NCBI GenBank assembly: GCA_977030845.1
Contig: OZ365116.1
Coordinates: forward strand, 20,274,001-20,338,000
Length of the DNA: 64,000 bases
Source of the DNA: Fimbriosthenelais zetlandica
Lineage: Eukaryota
Direction: 5' to 3'
This document shows, one piece after another, positions 14,101-26,700 of this stretch. The notes below the pieces were generated by a model. It saw only the letters and a list, made by a program, of their open reading frames with translations. It was not told the origin of the DNA and did not search any database. Position 1 is the first letter of the stretch, and the number at the start of each line of letters is the position of its first letter. The position numbers and the translations under genes are program-made.

Positions 14101-17100
14101 TTGAGCAGAATCTGTCCATAATAGGCGATCTGAGCATACAAACGCCATTAGCTCGCTCATCTGCCCGGCAATGGAGGCTGATTTTTTCCCCTTCGTCGGG
14201 GGACTTTTAGAGTAGCAGCATCGCTGACAGCTTGGTAATGAAATGGATTAACTTAAATAGGAGGTTTATTTTTATAAGAGGCCCACAGAGGGCGGAACCA
14301 GCTGATGTGAAATGATAACGGCGGCGTGGAACCAGCAAATTGTCACTACAGCAAGGCCCTTGTTCCCACAGAAACATCAGGGAAAGTTTTATTCTTTTTG
14401 CTCTAAATTCTTCAGCGGGATGTACATGAAATATTAACGGGTTGATTTGATTCAGCCCATGAAGATGGGTTCTCCCACGTCCATTTAACTAATCTACATC
14501 CACATCTCCCATCTCCTGCCCGGCCTTGACCACTCCCCCCATCCCAACTCCCTGTACTCTGTCCACAAGATTGATGGGGAGAAGGAGAAGAGGCTGAGGT
14601 AGTAAAAGCACCAGACATCAGCTTTTTCACATGGCGGCCATCGTTGGAGGATTACCCACATATCCACCATAACCCGGCCTCATCAGCTGCTTGTCCGCCC
14701 ATTTCAATATCTTGGATTTTGCCTCTCTTCGCCAAGTAGCCCAATAAAATGTGACTTGGCGATCCATTGATGAAAAGACTGCTTTGCTGCAGAATGACTG
14801 ACAATGATATATTGCACGAGACAACTCCAACTGAGGTCAAACTTTATCATAGATTCAGCTTTTGGCATCTTCCCAATTGGCTCTTTGTGCCTATGATTGA
14901 AGGCTTCCAATTACTAATCAACCACATTTGTTCAGAGCAGGGATGTACAATTTCAGAAATATAGAAAGCAAAGGAAATCAGACTTATCCCAGAAGAACAT
15001 CTAGACTGCAGCGGGAGTGGGAATAGAGATGGAGGCTGAGAGAGGAAGAAGAGGGGAGGGGTCTGATGGGTGGGGCTGATATTGATAAATTGCTCTGGCC
15101 TTTGATTCTTCCAATCCCCCATCTCACACAAACACCCTATCCAGTTAGGAGACCTGCCTCAGGAGGACGGTCCGGCCCGGGTCGGACATGGTCTAGGCAA
15201 TCTGTGGATATTCCTTGGGTCAGCCTGTCCAGTCTCTAATGAGGACTGGGAACCAGTTAACTCTTCAGAGAGGTATATTTAAGTGGTTCGGAGCTTATAA
15301 AATGTATAAAGAATTACACATCGAAAGCATTACATTTTTACCATTCACTATCTCAAACTTCTTGAGCTTCATAGACTTATAAACTATAGCCTGGAAACCT
15401 TCATAAACTGACCCTTCAAAGTAAAACTGAAATAGACATTTCATCCAAAATAGTGTCTATACACTCAGCCTATTAAAATAGGTATATTTTATATATATTA
15501 TGATAGCCAAATCAACAACCAAGGACAGAACATATGGCAGACATACTAGAGGAGATGGTGGGAGAGAAACTGTAAAATCACAGGGCTGGTGGGCAGTGGG
15601 CTGTGGTCAATTTATTGATTACACCAATAAACTGATCAGGTCAGTGGTGGCCAATCTTAATGGTAAAAGGTTCCAGGAAAATCAGCAAGCGGCCGCTTTA
15701 CCTTCTCTCGCCGGAATCAGGGCCGTCTGAGATCCTAATGGCTGCCAAAGCATTTGAAACCATCAGCAGCACTTCCAATTAGAATCTACTCTCTCTCCAA
15801 CCACCAAGTTACCAAGCTATCGTGTGGGATGGAACTTCAGGATAACTATTGAATACAAACTGACAAATATTCAAGCAATTCAATTGGATTTGAGAAAGAT
15901 GCTTAAGTCATCTGGAACAACAACAGATTAGATCAAGAGACAACAATGGATCGAGGTAAAACTAAAAGGAAACGATCAACAATTAGGATGTTTTCATGAA
16001 CCCCAAAAAACTGTGAATTTGCAGTGCTCATATAACCTCACTGTGCAGTTGTGTATAGGGTTAGAAATAAAAATTGCTAGCAGCCTCGTCACTTTCAGGG
16101 CCAGCATATTCGGATGAAAATTGATGTTCAATAATGAACCCTAAAAAGGGCAATATAGAGGTCTCTACGCGGAAAGCTGAGCCCTTTCATGGCATATTCC
16201 TTTGGGGAGCCATTAGATATAGAGGCAGGAAGTAGGAACCTCTCACAATTCCCAGCAAGCAATGCCTCTCCGGGGAGGAAAGTACTCCCTGCTGAAAATC
16301 GATGGAACCAAAATTAACACGCACATATTTGAGTAAGCGCGGGCTGGCCATGTGATTTGATGTAATTTCCGGTTAATGTCAGTATGTGGATATATTCCAT
16401 TCATCCTGCACACATTCTCCTGACAGTTCCCCAGCAGTCAGCCTCCACCACGCCCCGTGGGCGGCTTTCTTCTCCATACCCACAACAATCTATTTCATTT
16501 CTCCCTTCTTGACCCTCCCCGGCCTTTCTTCGATCGGCAGAGATCCCGGGATTCTATCGCATTCCGTCCACCGGAAGTAACAAAAGCAAAGCCCCAGCAT
16601 TTCCAGGTCCTGACCTTGACCTGGATTCATGGATGACATTTGCCTCGTTTTTGGTGTTGGGATGGACAGGTGACCTGTGAATTTTCTAAAGCTTTTGGTG
16701 AAAGGGGCGGCCATCCTGCCCAGAGAGGCTCAGCAATAAAGAGAGAAGAGGCAATCAATAGAGAGGATGACAGATGGACTGTGAACACAATACTGAAATA
16801 CAGCCCCCTTACACAAGTCTGCTATGACAGGCTACATTGACAGGAGAAGGCATAGAAGGCCCAGACTCAGCTAAAATACCCCAACTCCCAGTTTTTAAAT
16901 GCAGCCCTGTGTGGCACAAGATTCCAAATAAAATATCTTTTATTGAAAACATGCACTTCTAATGGACTTGATTTTAGCCCAAGTTGAAGATATCACATCA
17001 AGGAGAAATCACAACCTTGAGGCTAAGAAAACAAAGTGAGCTGAGCATGTTTTCAGATTTAATCTTCCCATCTCTCAGTGAGGAACATCTGAGGAATATC

Positions 17101-17347
17101 AGGCTATTTTTCCTCCAACCATCCTTCAATTGAACAGAAGAGTTTCATATCATGGCGCATCAATCGGGCCAGAAGAGGAAGAGACAAAACTTCTAATGGC
17201 CCCATGGGATTACTTTTTTCTTCGGATGCTGAAAATCAGAGCAGCACTGAGAGGAGGCAACAACAGATCTCAAGGATGATATCACTACGCCTGGCACTAT
17301 TTTTTGCCATGGACTGAGGCTAAGATCGCAATCAGACTGTGTCTTAC

Positions 17348-17415
17348 TTTGACCAATTGTTCCTTCTTTGAGCTCTAGCTCTCGCAATGCTCCACTTCAA
17401 AGCTTTGGTATCCAT
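17348..17415 (-). CDS. Candidate alternative first coding exon of the SASH1-like gene (MDTKALKWSIARARAQRRNNWS), phase 2
   Basis: Kozak accATGg, 22 open codons, donor AA|GTAAGA, same phase as exon 4 so it can join exon 5. No transcript evidence. Confidence 0.5.
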
Positions 17416-17421
17416 GGTAAC
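17408..17421. promoter_or_regulatory. RFX X-box motif GTATCCATGGTAAC
   Basis: Fits the recalled consensus GTHNYYATRRNAAC and contains the candidate alternative ATG. Confidence 0.45.
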
Positions 17422-17429
17422 AGAGATGT

Positions 17430-17445
17430 GGGGGGGGGGGGGGGG
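17430..17445. repeat. G16 homopolymer
   Basis: Direct reading. Lies 15 bp upstream (minus-strand sense) of the candidate alternative ATG. Confidence 0.9.
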
Positions 17446-18284
17446 TGCTCATTGTCAGAGAACCAGACAAAAGTCCAATGCCGCGTAACAAACACTAACG
17501 CTAGCGCCGGCCCCAAGTGAAGTACCAGCTCTAACCCAAGATATTGATGATCACAACCATTTCGATCCTTTTCAGACTATTTTTCCTGGCATCCATTGCT
17601 CTCTCCATACTGTTACAACTGTCCTTTAAAGAGGTCCTGCCTATACAATGATAACTTTTCAGCAAAGTTACTGAAATGTAACTTCAAGCAATAGTCAAAT
17701 TTCACAATGATCAAGACCAGAAATGCCATTAAAGCCATGGCATTCCCATTAGCTCAGTGAAAATCATAAGACAAAGATTAATGCAAGAATTAAAATGTTT
17801 TTTATCTGCTCAGATTTTTCTCAACCTAAAACTGTCTAACCACATTTTCTAACCTCAAGATCATTGGATGCTTAAAGACTCTGCTCCCTCTCTGCACTTA
17901 TGTTCACATTCAGTGAGAATGTTGCGTGAGAATACAGCCAGATGCTCATCTTCCGACTAATAATGATGAGATATTTAATATCAGCTCCACAACCTTCCCC
18001 GTGCAAGCAACACCCACACATTCCTTCAGCACATTTATCTAAGAAATAAAGCAACGAGGAACCAGGAGTATAAGCTCGCAGTTTCATATTGCACCAAGTA
18101 ACTGGGGACAGCAATTGAAAAGAATCCTAAACCATTTTCATGTTTATGGTGAAAAACAAGGCAAATGATTAAAAGTTACCCACAAGTTCTGTCGTAAGGC
18201 AAACATGACAACATGATAATGCTTTTTAGGCAAGTTCCTTCATGTGATGTAGGAGCTGCTACAAGTATCACATATATAACTCAC

Positions 18285-18355
18285 CTAGATGAATGTGAGG
18301 GAGACTCGCGCTTCAAAACACTGAGACAATCAGGGTCCTCATACAAGGTGGACGG
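18285..18355 (-). CDS. SASH1: Exon 4 (PSTLYEDPDCLSVLKRESPSHSS), phase 0-2
   Basis: Acceptor tgttttgtctttccag, donor TAG|GTGAGT, 71 nt open. Too short for the ORF track. Confidence 0.82.
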
Positions 18356-18690
18356 CTGGAAAGACAAAACACCCAATTTATAATCCCGGTGGATAATTTT
18401 ACTCGATTCTGTACAGGCTTTTGTAGTACCATAACAATAATAGTGTATATTTTTTCTAATCTTCAGAACTTGATCTTACATCAACACGGTGGCATGTATC
18501 AGGGGGATTAGGAGATAAGAAACCTCTTAGCATTATTTTGACATTTTCTAATCCATAATCCTTTAAGTCACGACTGAAAAGTGACACATATAATCCTGCT
18601 TGTCATTCCTTTAGTGGAACAAGAACAAGAGAGGCCAACAGCCAGTACAGATAAGTCAGAGGAGAGCTTAAAATGTGTGTGAATACTTAC

Positions 18691-18795
18691 AGGAGGACAT
18701 GAAGGTAGGGGAGGAGGGACACTACGGTTAGCCTGACCATAAACACTAAACATCCGGCATGGTTCTATCTCTCCATTCTCACTATCTCTCTCGGG
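18691..18795 (-). CDS. SASH1: Exon 3 (PERDSENGEIEPCRMFSVYGQANRSVPPPLPSCPP), phase 0-0
   Basis: Acceptor tttattgcag, donor CCT|GTAAGT, 105 nt open, phase-compatible with exon 2. No homology recognised. Confidence 0.82.
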
Positions 18796-18953
18796 CTGCA
18801 ATAAAGTAACCTTTTATAAGCATTTACATGTAGAAAAATCATAAGAAATATCGGATATGAAGCTTTTCTTATAGGAACACATTTATATAAGTGTCAAAAG
18901 GAAAGGCAGGTTAAATATCAGAGTATATATGATTAATTAATGTAATAACTTAC

Positions 18954-19088
18954 GGATGAGTCGTGACCATTGGAGGTGATGTATGATTCCTGTATTTCCA
19001 GCAGTCGTAGGAAGACGTCCTGACTATGTGTATTGAGGTCCTCAGCATACTTAAAGGAGAGCAGCTCCAGGTTCTGACTGGAATCACT
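18954..19088 (-). CDS. SASH1: Exon 2 of SAMD5-SASH1-like gene (SDSSQNLELLSFKYAEDLNTHSQDVFLRLLEIQESYITSNGHDSS), phase 0-0
   Basis: Acceptor ttttattttcag, donor TCC|GTAAGT, 135 nt open. Aligns ungapped to recalled human SASH1 [32 protein letters not shown]. Confidence 0.9.
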
Positions 19089-22000
19089 CTGAAAATAAAA
19101 ATATTCCAAAATAAAAAAATTGTCACAATACTTTCTTTCAAGCAGAATTCCACTGGGATTCCTGCTCCCACCCACCCCTCACCCAACCTTCTAGAACCAT
19201 CCATAAGATTAGTGACAAGCCTATATTTCCTCCGTCAATAAATGTCAGAATTTGATGATTTGAGGGAGAGCCTCTCACTACATGAAGGGCAGACCGTATC
19301 TAATAGGGATGACAATCGATAATGGTCCGTCAGATGGCAGTACCTGTCCGCTAGGCATGCTGGGAAGGGGCTGTGGTTAGCACGTGACGAGATAAAGCCT
19401 GTGACTTATCCCGTCATGGCCACATCAAAGCCCGCCATAATGTCTACTCACCCTCACTCACAGCTCCAATAAACACACTCCACTCTGGCTGAAAAAGACC
19501 CCTCTTCAAATTAGCTGAGGGCAACTCAATACTTCAGAAGTCGGGGTATTTTTTGCTTGCCTTTTACATTTGACATTATACTCTATACTCCTGACTCTAA
19601 CAATGTCTGTATGAGGTGGAGGTATGAAGTAAGCCTGTCTGGAGGGGGTGTTAGTATGTAATGTCAATGTTCCCTGCTCCTCATTCCCTCTTCATCCCCC
19701 TCTCTCATCCTCAGCCATCCCCTTATCTTGATGCATGTTTTCCTGCCACCTTATCACATGCTTGACATTCACTGAGCAAAAAACCTAAACCTAAGAGCAG
19801 CTCAACACGTGCTCTTATTATATAGAGGGCAAGGTTAGCATTTATGGAAGTGGGCAAGCATCCCCCACAGATTGGCTTCTGCCAGTATGGTTCACCTCGA
19901 ATAAGATAAATATAAGACTGAATTGTGACAATTCATAAAAAGAATTATGCATGTCTAAAATGGCGTATGAGAAAGCAATAACAGAATAATACAAGATTGA
20001 CCAGCCGTAGTTCCCAATAGGGTAGGAAGCCATTTCAAGGCTGGCATAACAAAACAGATCTGTCACTGTCTTCAGTGAGAGGCATTCACTGCCACACGAC
20101 CTAGTCATGAATATTTCCATCGCCTCATACTTCGCAGTCTTCATTTGTTTTTGTTTCAAATTGATCTGTTCCCAGATAATCCATACAATTAGGAAAGAGA
20201 TGAACCGTTGGTGAAATAAAATGAATGCAAAATATGGGAGAAAATTCTCCAACGATCTGTTGCTTTGTGGAGACAAAAAGAAAAAGGGGATGGTGCCCCT
20301 TCGAAGGGAGCTGGAAGAGATTTGTAAATTGAAGGGAAGCATCACCTATCGTGTTGTGTTTGATTGTCGAAGAAGAAAATCAGGCCTGAGGAACCTGACA
20401 AATAAAACACAATGCATCCTATCTGTAGCCTTTGAAGGGATAACGCACTTCATGATAAATACAAAGCTTCAATAAGGAAGCAAAATAACTTGAAGCAATC
20501 TTCTCTCTGCTGTCTGCAATGTACAGCCTTACCTCTGCACATTGCCCCCATTCATAATTCTTCCCTTTGTCTTCACTGACACGGTTACTGACTCAAATAT
20601 TTCCCAGTATGTATTGAAACAATTTAGAAGTGGGCCTATCAGTTTCAGGTTTATACCCATGGGGTATATTTTGACACAAAACGATAATCACCCTTTTGAT
20701 GAAATAGGTCATTTTCTCACGATAATGTTCAAAGTTTCTTACTTGGCCGGGGGGCGGGGGGATGGGGGTGGGTGTATAGAGAGAGGAAGACTTAGAGGAT
20801 TAAAGGCCGGGTGTTGCATGACTCCATCATTAAAACATAGGGGGAGTTAGCAGTCCGTTTCCCCTTAGGCCCTATGGTAATTTTCAGCGCTGCATAATTA
20901 AGGGGCGGCCCAGGGATATCACCATCTCTGATGTGGAGAAGGTGGTCTCTGGGCGAAGGGGTGGTTTATTTTTGCTGGTATCATTACAATTATAGCTAAT
21001 TCACTGTGTCAGGCAATGCATTCTGGTGGTAGGTTTTGGGACCTGAGGGACCTCCGGCTATATACATGCATGTGCAGGCATAATGTGCATATAATATCCT
21101 TCAATATAAACAATATATTATCATGGTTTCAAAAATGGCAAGAAGCAACAAATTAAATCATAAAACTTTTGTTTGTAGCCTACTGCTAATCAGGCAGATA
21201 TGTCACTTATTAGTCCAATTTAGGAAAAAGAACTCAAGCTCTTAACATTGCTTGAGTATGGTTAATGAATGGTGAAGCCCTTTAATCTGGCCTTAGTTCT
21301 GAGATGGGTCACCTACATCACCTAGGCCTACATGTCCGAAGACACGGGGGAGTTTTTGTTTATTTAGCAGTAAAATCAGATTATACGCCGTTCATCTTTT
21401 ACTCGTGTCACTCAAAGTGGATCAAGCTTACAGAACAAAAAACTCCCAAAGGATGTTAACGGAAAAGGTAGGCCTGTTGTTTATTACAAAGAGGTCAGGG
21501 AGGGGGATTTCGGTTCAATTATTTACCAATTTTACTTTATTTGAAACTTTATTTAAAAAAAGAGTCTTATTCGTCTCTAGGCAAATTCTGTTCCTGAGAA
21601 CGATAGACGACAAAGGATAGGAATTAACAGAGCATCGTCTCTAGCACAAATGAAATAGTGTCCTTAGAAACTTGACATTTTCCTACTTTTTACCCTTCAT
21701 GCTTCTTTTTTTACTTCAGAGTAATGTGCACTTAATGTAATCAGGCGGTGGAATTTAATAATCCCCCTCTATAGTCACTGATGAGCAGAGAAGCTCACGC
21801 CTTGAGTGAGAGCAGCTCCCTCAAAGGACCTAATTCTCTCTGTAGCCATATTCCACACACAAAAACACACACTCAGGCCTGGCCTGGTCAAAGAGAACCC
21901 AAACACTGCAGACTCCCAACACAAATGCAGTTCATTGGTTTGGGAGAAATGATATTATATGAAGGAGGAGGTCCCCGGTCGGCTGGCATTGTTGGGCTGT

Positions 22001-23762
22001 CATTTGGCATTTCTTTTCCACCTCTCCTACACGGCCCACTTTACAGTCAGGAGGAAGCATGAGGTCTGAGTGGCCCTGGTCCAAGGAACAGCAAAGGGTG
22101 GAGACTTGGACCAGTTGCTGGTTGACCAAATGATATAGTTGGGGTGTATTGGGCCCCATGTCCAGGTTCTGCATATATATCAAATATATTTTATCAAGTA
22201 TATGCTTGAGGAAGCTATTCAAGTTCAAATGTGAAACCGGGTACCTATGTTATTTCATATGAGAACATCCATACCACTTTAAAATGTCCTGTACAGTACA
22301 CAGAGACATGGCTAAGATCGCTTAATGTGAGATAATTGCAAAAGAAAATGGCGTACTCCCAAAATGGGAAGAAACCAAGGAGACTTCATCCATTGAAGCA
22401 CAGGGTCTGATCACTGATCCCTGCTGGATCCTTGAGAGGTCTGGGGATTGACTGAAGGCAGTCAGGACCTGACATGAGAGAGGTGAAGGCATTGAGGGGG
22501 AAAAGGACGAGGTCTATAAGTAATCAGGAGAGCAGGTTCCTGCCTTCTATAAGACCCTCGTACTAGAGCAGAGAGGTAGTTGCTCAGAGAGACAGGCCAG
22601 ACATGACAGAGGGGAAGGACAGGATCAGTTCACCCAACAAATAACGCACTAATTGTGGGTTTGATGGAAAGCAAACAAACCGTAATAAGCAACGCGTCAA
22701 AACTCAAGATGCTGATGGAGAAATAGTGAAGGGCTGGAGGTTTTGGCAATCTCTTAGTCGGGCAAATTGAATTTCTCTGGTTCTTTAGCTGGCGGGTCAA
22801 TATTTTCGAGTTCAAATTGTACTTGCTGTTCACCATGACTGAAATTAAAATGCCATTTGAATTTTAAATATTGAACTGTATAGATAAGTATGTTTCATTC
22901 ATCTGAAAAAGTCATCCTTTAATCTTCCTTTCGTTTGACGGAGGCAAATGTTACATGCATTAAAACAGGAGATATTAATTCATTGATAGGATTGATCATA
23001 TCTTCCTCCGACGAAGAGAAAGGCTTTTCCAATTCTAATTGTAAGACAATTTATCATAAAGGTTGCTTGAAATCTCCTGAACTGAATCTTTATGGAAGTT
23101 TCTGTGTAATGAATAGAACAATTTGCTTAACAATGGCCAGACAGCCATCACTTCCAGCTGAGTGGAAAAGTAGCTTAACCAGTGCAAAATGTTTAAGTCT
23201 TAAATGCTTGAGTGCACCACTCAATCCAGATCTCCTGCTCATCCCACGAGGAAAAGTGACATTTAGCTGTTCAATCTCTTAAAAGATTGACCAGGGAACG
23301 TCCAAGCAGGATTGAGAAAAGTACTTGTTCTTTTGAAGATGACAGGCAAGTTCTTGGGTTCATTCTCTTTATGTCTCCTCTCAATTACACAAATAACACT
23401 CTACAGCATTGTAGCCTCGGTTTCTGGGCTCAGCCTCGATCTGATGCGCATCTACAGGAACCGGAAGTGGATCCCAAGACGTCACCTCCAGGGATCAGGA
23501 GGAAGGAACCCAGAAGAGGGATTGACTAAGGCACTTCTCCCTCAAGAGGGGAGAAAGCTGGGCCCAGGGGAAGGTTTTTCACTGAAGCAGAGCTCAGACT
23601 GAGAAGATCTTGGCATGGTAACACTGGCACATTGCAGGCCTTGATTTTCTCTCCTTTTGAAAGACATAAAGAGCGACTTTTTTCACCAGCTTGGGATGAA
23701 TAGGCAAATCTGGGTGGATCCAGGGAGAGGAGACAGGGTCAGAAAAGAAGTCGAGTTGACCC

Positions 23763-23782
23763 AGGCAGGCAGGCAGGCAGGC
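23763..23782. repeat. (AGGC)5 microsatellite
   Basis: Direct reading. Confidence 0.9.
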
Positions 23783-26700
23783 ATGTAAAAGCATTTGAGG
23801 CAGCTGGACTGGTCCCCACGGATAGGCCTATCTGAAGCTATTTGGTCAGATTCATTCCTCTAAGATTCTCTCATATTTTCATTTTAACCAAATAACACAA
23901 TGTGAATATTTGACATTGAAAACTGTTGAATGGACGATCATAGTCTCAGTTCTGCCCACTGACCTCCACACCTGATCCTGATAGAGTGTGAGATGAATGA
24001 GCAGATAAATAGAGAGAGCAGTAGACCTCTTAACGTCTCATCTCATTGACGGCCACCAGAGGGAGGGAGTGAGCAGGCCCGGCAGCCCACCAGTGATTAA
24101 CCTGCCCTATTGACCTCTAAATCAGTCCGCCAGCAGGCGCGTCAACTCCCTCCTCCTTCAGGTAAATCACAATACATGACTGTAAGCCGTCAGGCCTGGC
24201 CTCTCAACGCTTCTCTATGCTGATCAAAGTCACCAACGACATCTCTAGTTCATACTTTCATTCAACATGTCTATATCACTTCACTTCTGGACATCACCAA
24301 TTGGTTTATATCTCAGAATGTTTTATCTGTTTGGCATATTGTTCTGATTTCCACCTCTTATTGAAGGACCTGTTGAATAGCATATCCGTGCAAAACAATA
24401 ATTTCCAATCTAATGGAGATTTACTTTTGCAGACAGACAATTATGAGATATTGCCTTGAAATGGCTGTAAAGGCTCATCATTACAGGCATGGCCTCAGTG
24501 ATACACAAAACTCACAGACGAAATTCCTGCCTGATGACATGTGAAAGAAGATGATGAGATTGGGTTTAATGGAAAGTAAATCGAGGTGGAGAGGGAATTA
24601 CTGCAGCGGGGAAGGTCAGAGCCTCAGATTCCTGGAGAGATTCCAGACGTGATTGATTCAGAAGAGTATACTCCTGAGAAAGGCAAGTATCGAGAGGGAA
24701 AGAAGGAGAAAGGGACGCAAAGAGAAGCAAAGAATTAAACAGGGAATATCTAAACACAATTATCTACAATGAATTTTGTGTGAAATGAACTCTGCCACTA
24801 AAAGCACTAAAACACGTCTTATCTAAGTGGCTCTTTTTAGGACGAATCAAGTGTTTTGTTTTACTTGTTCTTGACATCACACAGTCACTTCCATGTATCG
24901 GTCATTGAGACTGGGATAAATAGCCCCAACTCTGACCCAACTCCACCTATAGTCTCATATAACATCTCAGAAAACATAAATAACTAAAACTCCTATCATT
25001 GTCACTCCCCTGTCGGGGGTCTCCTCCCCAGATGGAATCTGAGTAAATGATACGATGACACTGCTGTGTGAATTATAAATGTTTCCAAGAAAAGTCACCA
25101 TTTTTCACTGGGGAACAGCAAGCATATCAATCTCTGGTAAAACAACTGTCAAGCCATTAAACAGTCGACCCCGATCATTGGAACAAATAAGGTTTCACAC
25201 TGGGTAAGTGGGTTGAGTATAGACTCACAGGTTCTGCCTGTCTATAATGAGCAGCTCAGCAGCGTGACGAGCTGGTAATAGGGTTTCCATGAGTGAATGT
25301 TGACCCTACAAATAATGTATCAACCCCAGCACCCCAGGGAGCGGAGAGGGAAGGGGAACCCTCACTGCTACATAGCCCACTTTAAATAGTTCATGGATTT
25401 TCCAATGCAAGTGATAGGAAAACATGAAGGGATGTCCTCTATTACTGAAGCTTTGGTGTTGAGCACCCGGGACAAGTACCCCCATGATGGAGGTAACCTT
25501 TATAAGAATCAGACATCCCACCACAAGCTGTAAATCACCACAGATATTTTAGTAGGGTACAAGCTTGGTTTCCCCATAGGTTTACCTCATAATGAACAGT
25601 TACTACCATCCTAATATAATTTGTTATATTTTTCCTCACCACAGTGTGGGTAAGTAAATGGGTTCAACATGTTAGAACAGAGGGAGAAGAGAACCACCAC
25701 TGTGGGCATCTCAACATGATTTATATCCATGTTTGGAATATTCATGATTTGATGACATAAATCATGAACCAAGCAGTCATGAGTAATGCCTTAATGAGGG
25801 TCATGTAATCAGGATGTGTATAAATCATACTGTATTAATATCTATCTCATCTAACATCTCACACCCATGTCTCACTAAACATGCTTTCATCCAGTGACAG
25901 ATCTCTTTGAAGTTGAAATAATAAATTGAGCCCACATCTGGAGCATCGCATTAAACCTGAAAACGGTTGAATTATTTCAGGGGAAGAAAAAAAGAGTTGC
26001 TTTAATGTAGGGTTTGGTAAATAAAAGTGTTGTATTGGTGACATTTGACACGACGCCCATGATCCTGGTGGAGGGGAATGTCACTATCAGTGACGTCATC
26101 AGTTCTGGGTTATCACGTGACATGTGACCCTCTCACGTGACTAGGATGTTACATTTATACCAGTCGCACCATAAAAAGTGGCCAATTTTTCCCAAATAAA
26201 AACACATGTATCAAAAACATGTATAGAAAACGGGCTTTCTTTAAAGGAGAAGGATATGAGAGTTGTTGAGGGACGTCCAGTGACCTGGTTTGTAAGGAGA
26301 GCTGATGTGATTGATGGCAGGGGAAGTTAGTGTGAGTTTCTGATTGAGTAGGATGGCAATGATTGAACTCTTACAAGTCTACAACAGAGAGAGGTCCACT
26401 GAGGGGTGAGAGAGTAGACCTCACTATGACCTGTCCAAGCAGAACAGACAAGTCATCGTATTCTTTGACTTGAAATTACTTTCAAATTCAGTAATAAACT
26501 TGTATATAGCCATAGACCAATTAAAGGTCTATGATATAACTTAGAAAACATTTAAGACTAATGCTTATTCTAAGGCATATAATATAGTCGCGTTTGTATA
26601 GAGCTCATGGGGGGCGGTGATTGGGGTCTTGAGTGACTCAGGGTGAAGGATGAGAGTCACTCACATTACACAAGTCCCAGCATGCAACGCTGTAAGTAAC

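Noticed and set aside
15413-15426. 14-nt phase 2-1 microexon candidate
   Set aside because: Exon 3528-3479 has much stronger splice sites and SASH1 similarity and already supplies the phase shift.
19842-20345. 167-aa minus-strand ORF
   Set aside because: Non-ATG start, low-information composition, no matching splice sites; exon 1 already joins exon 2 in phase.
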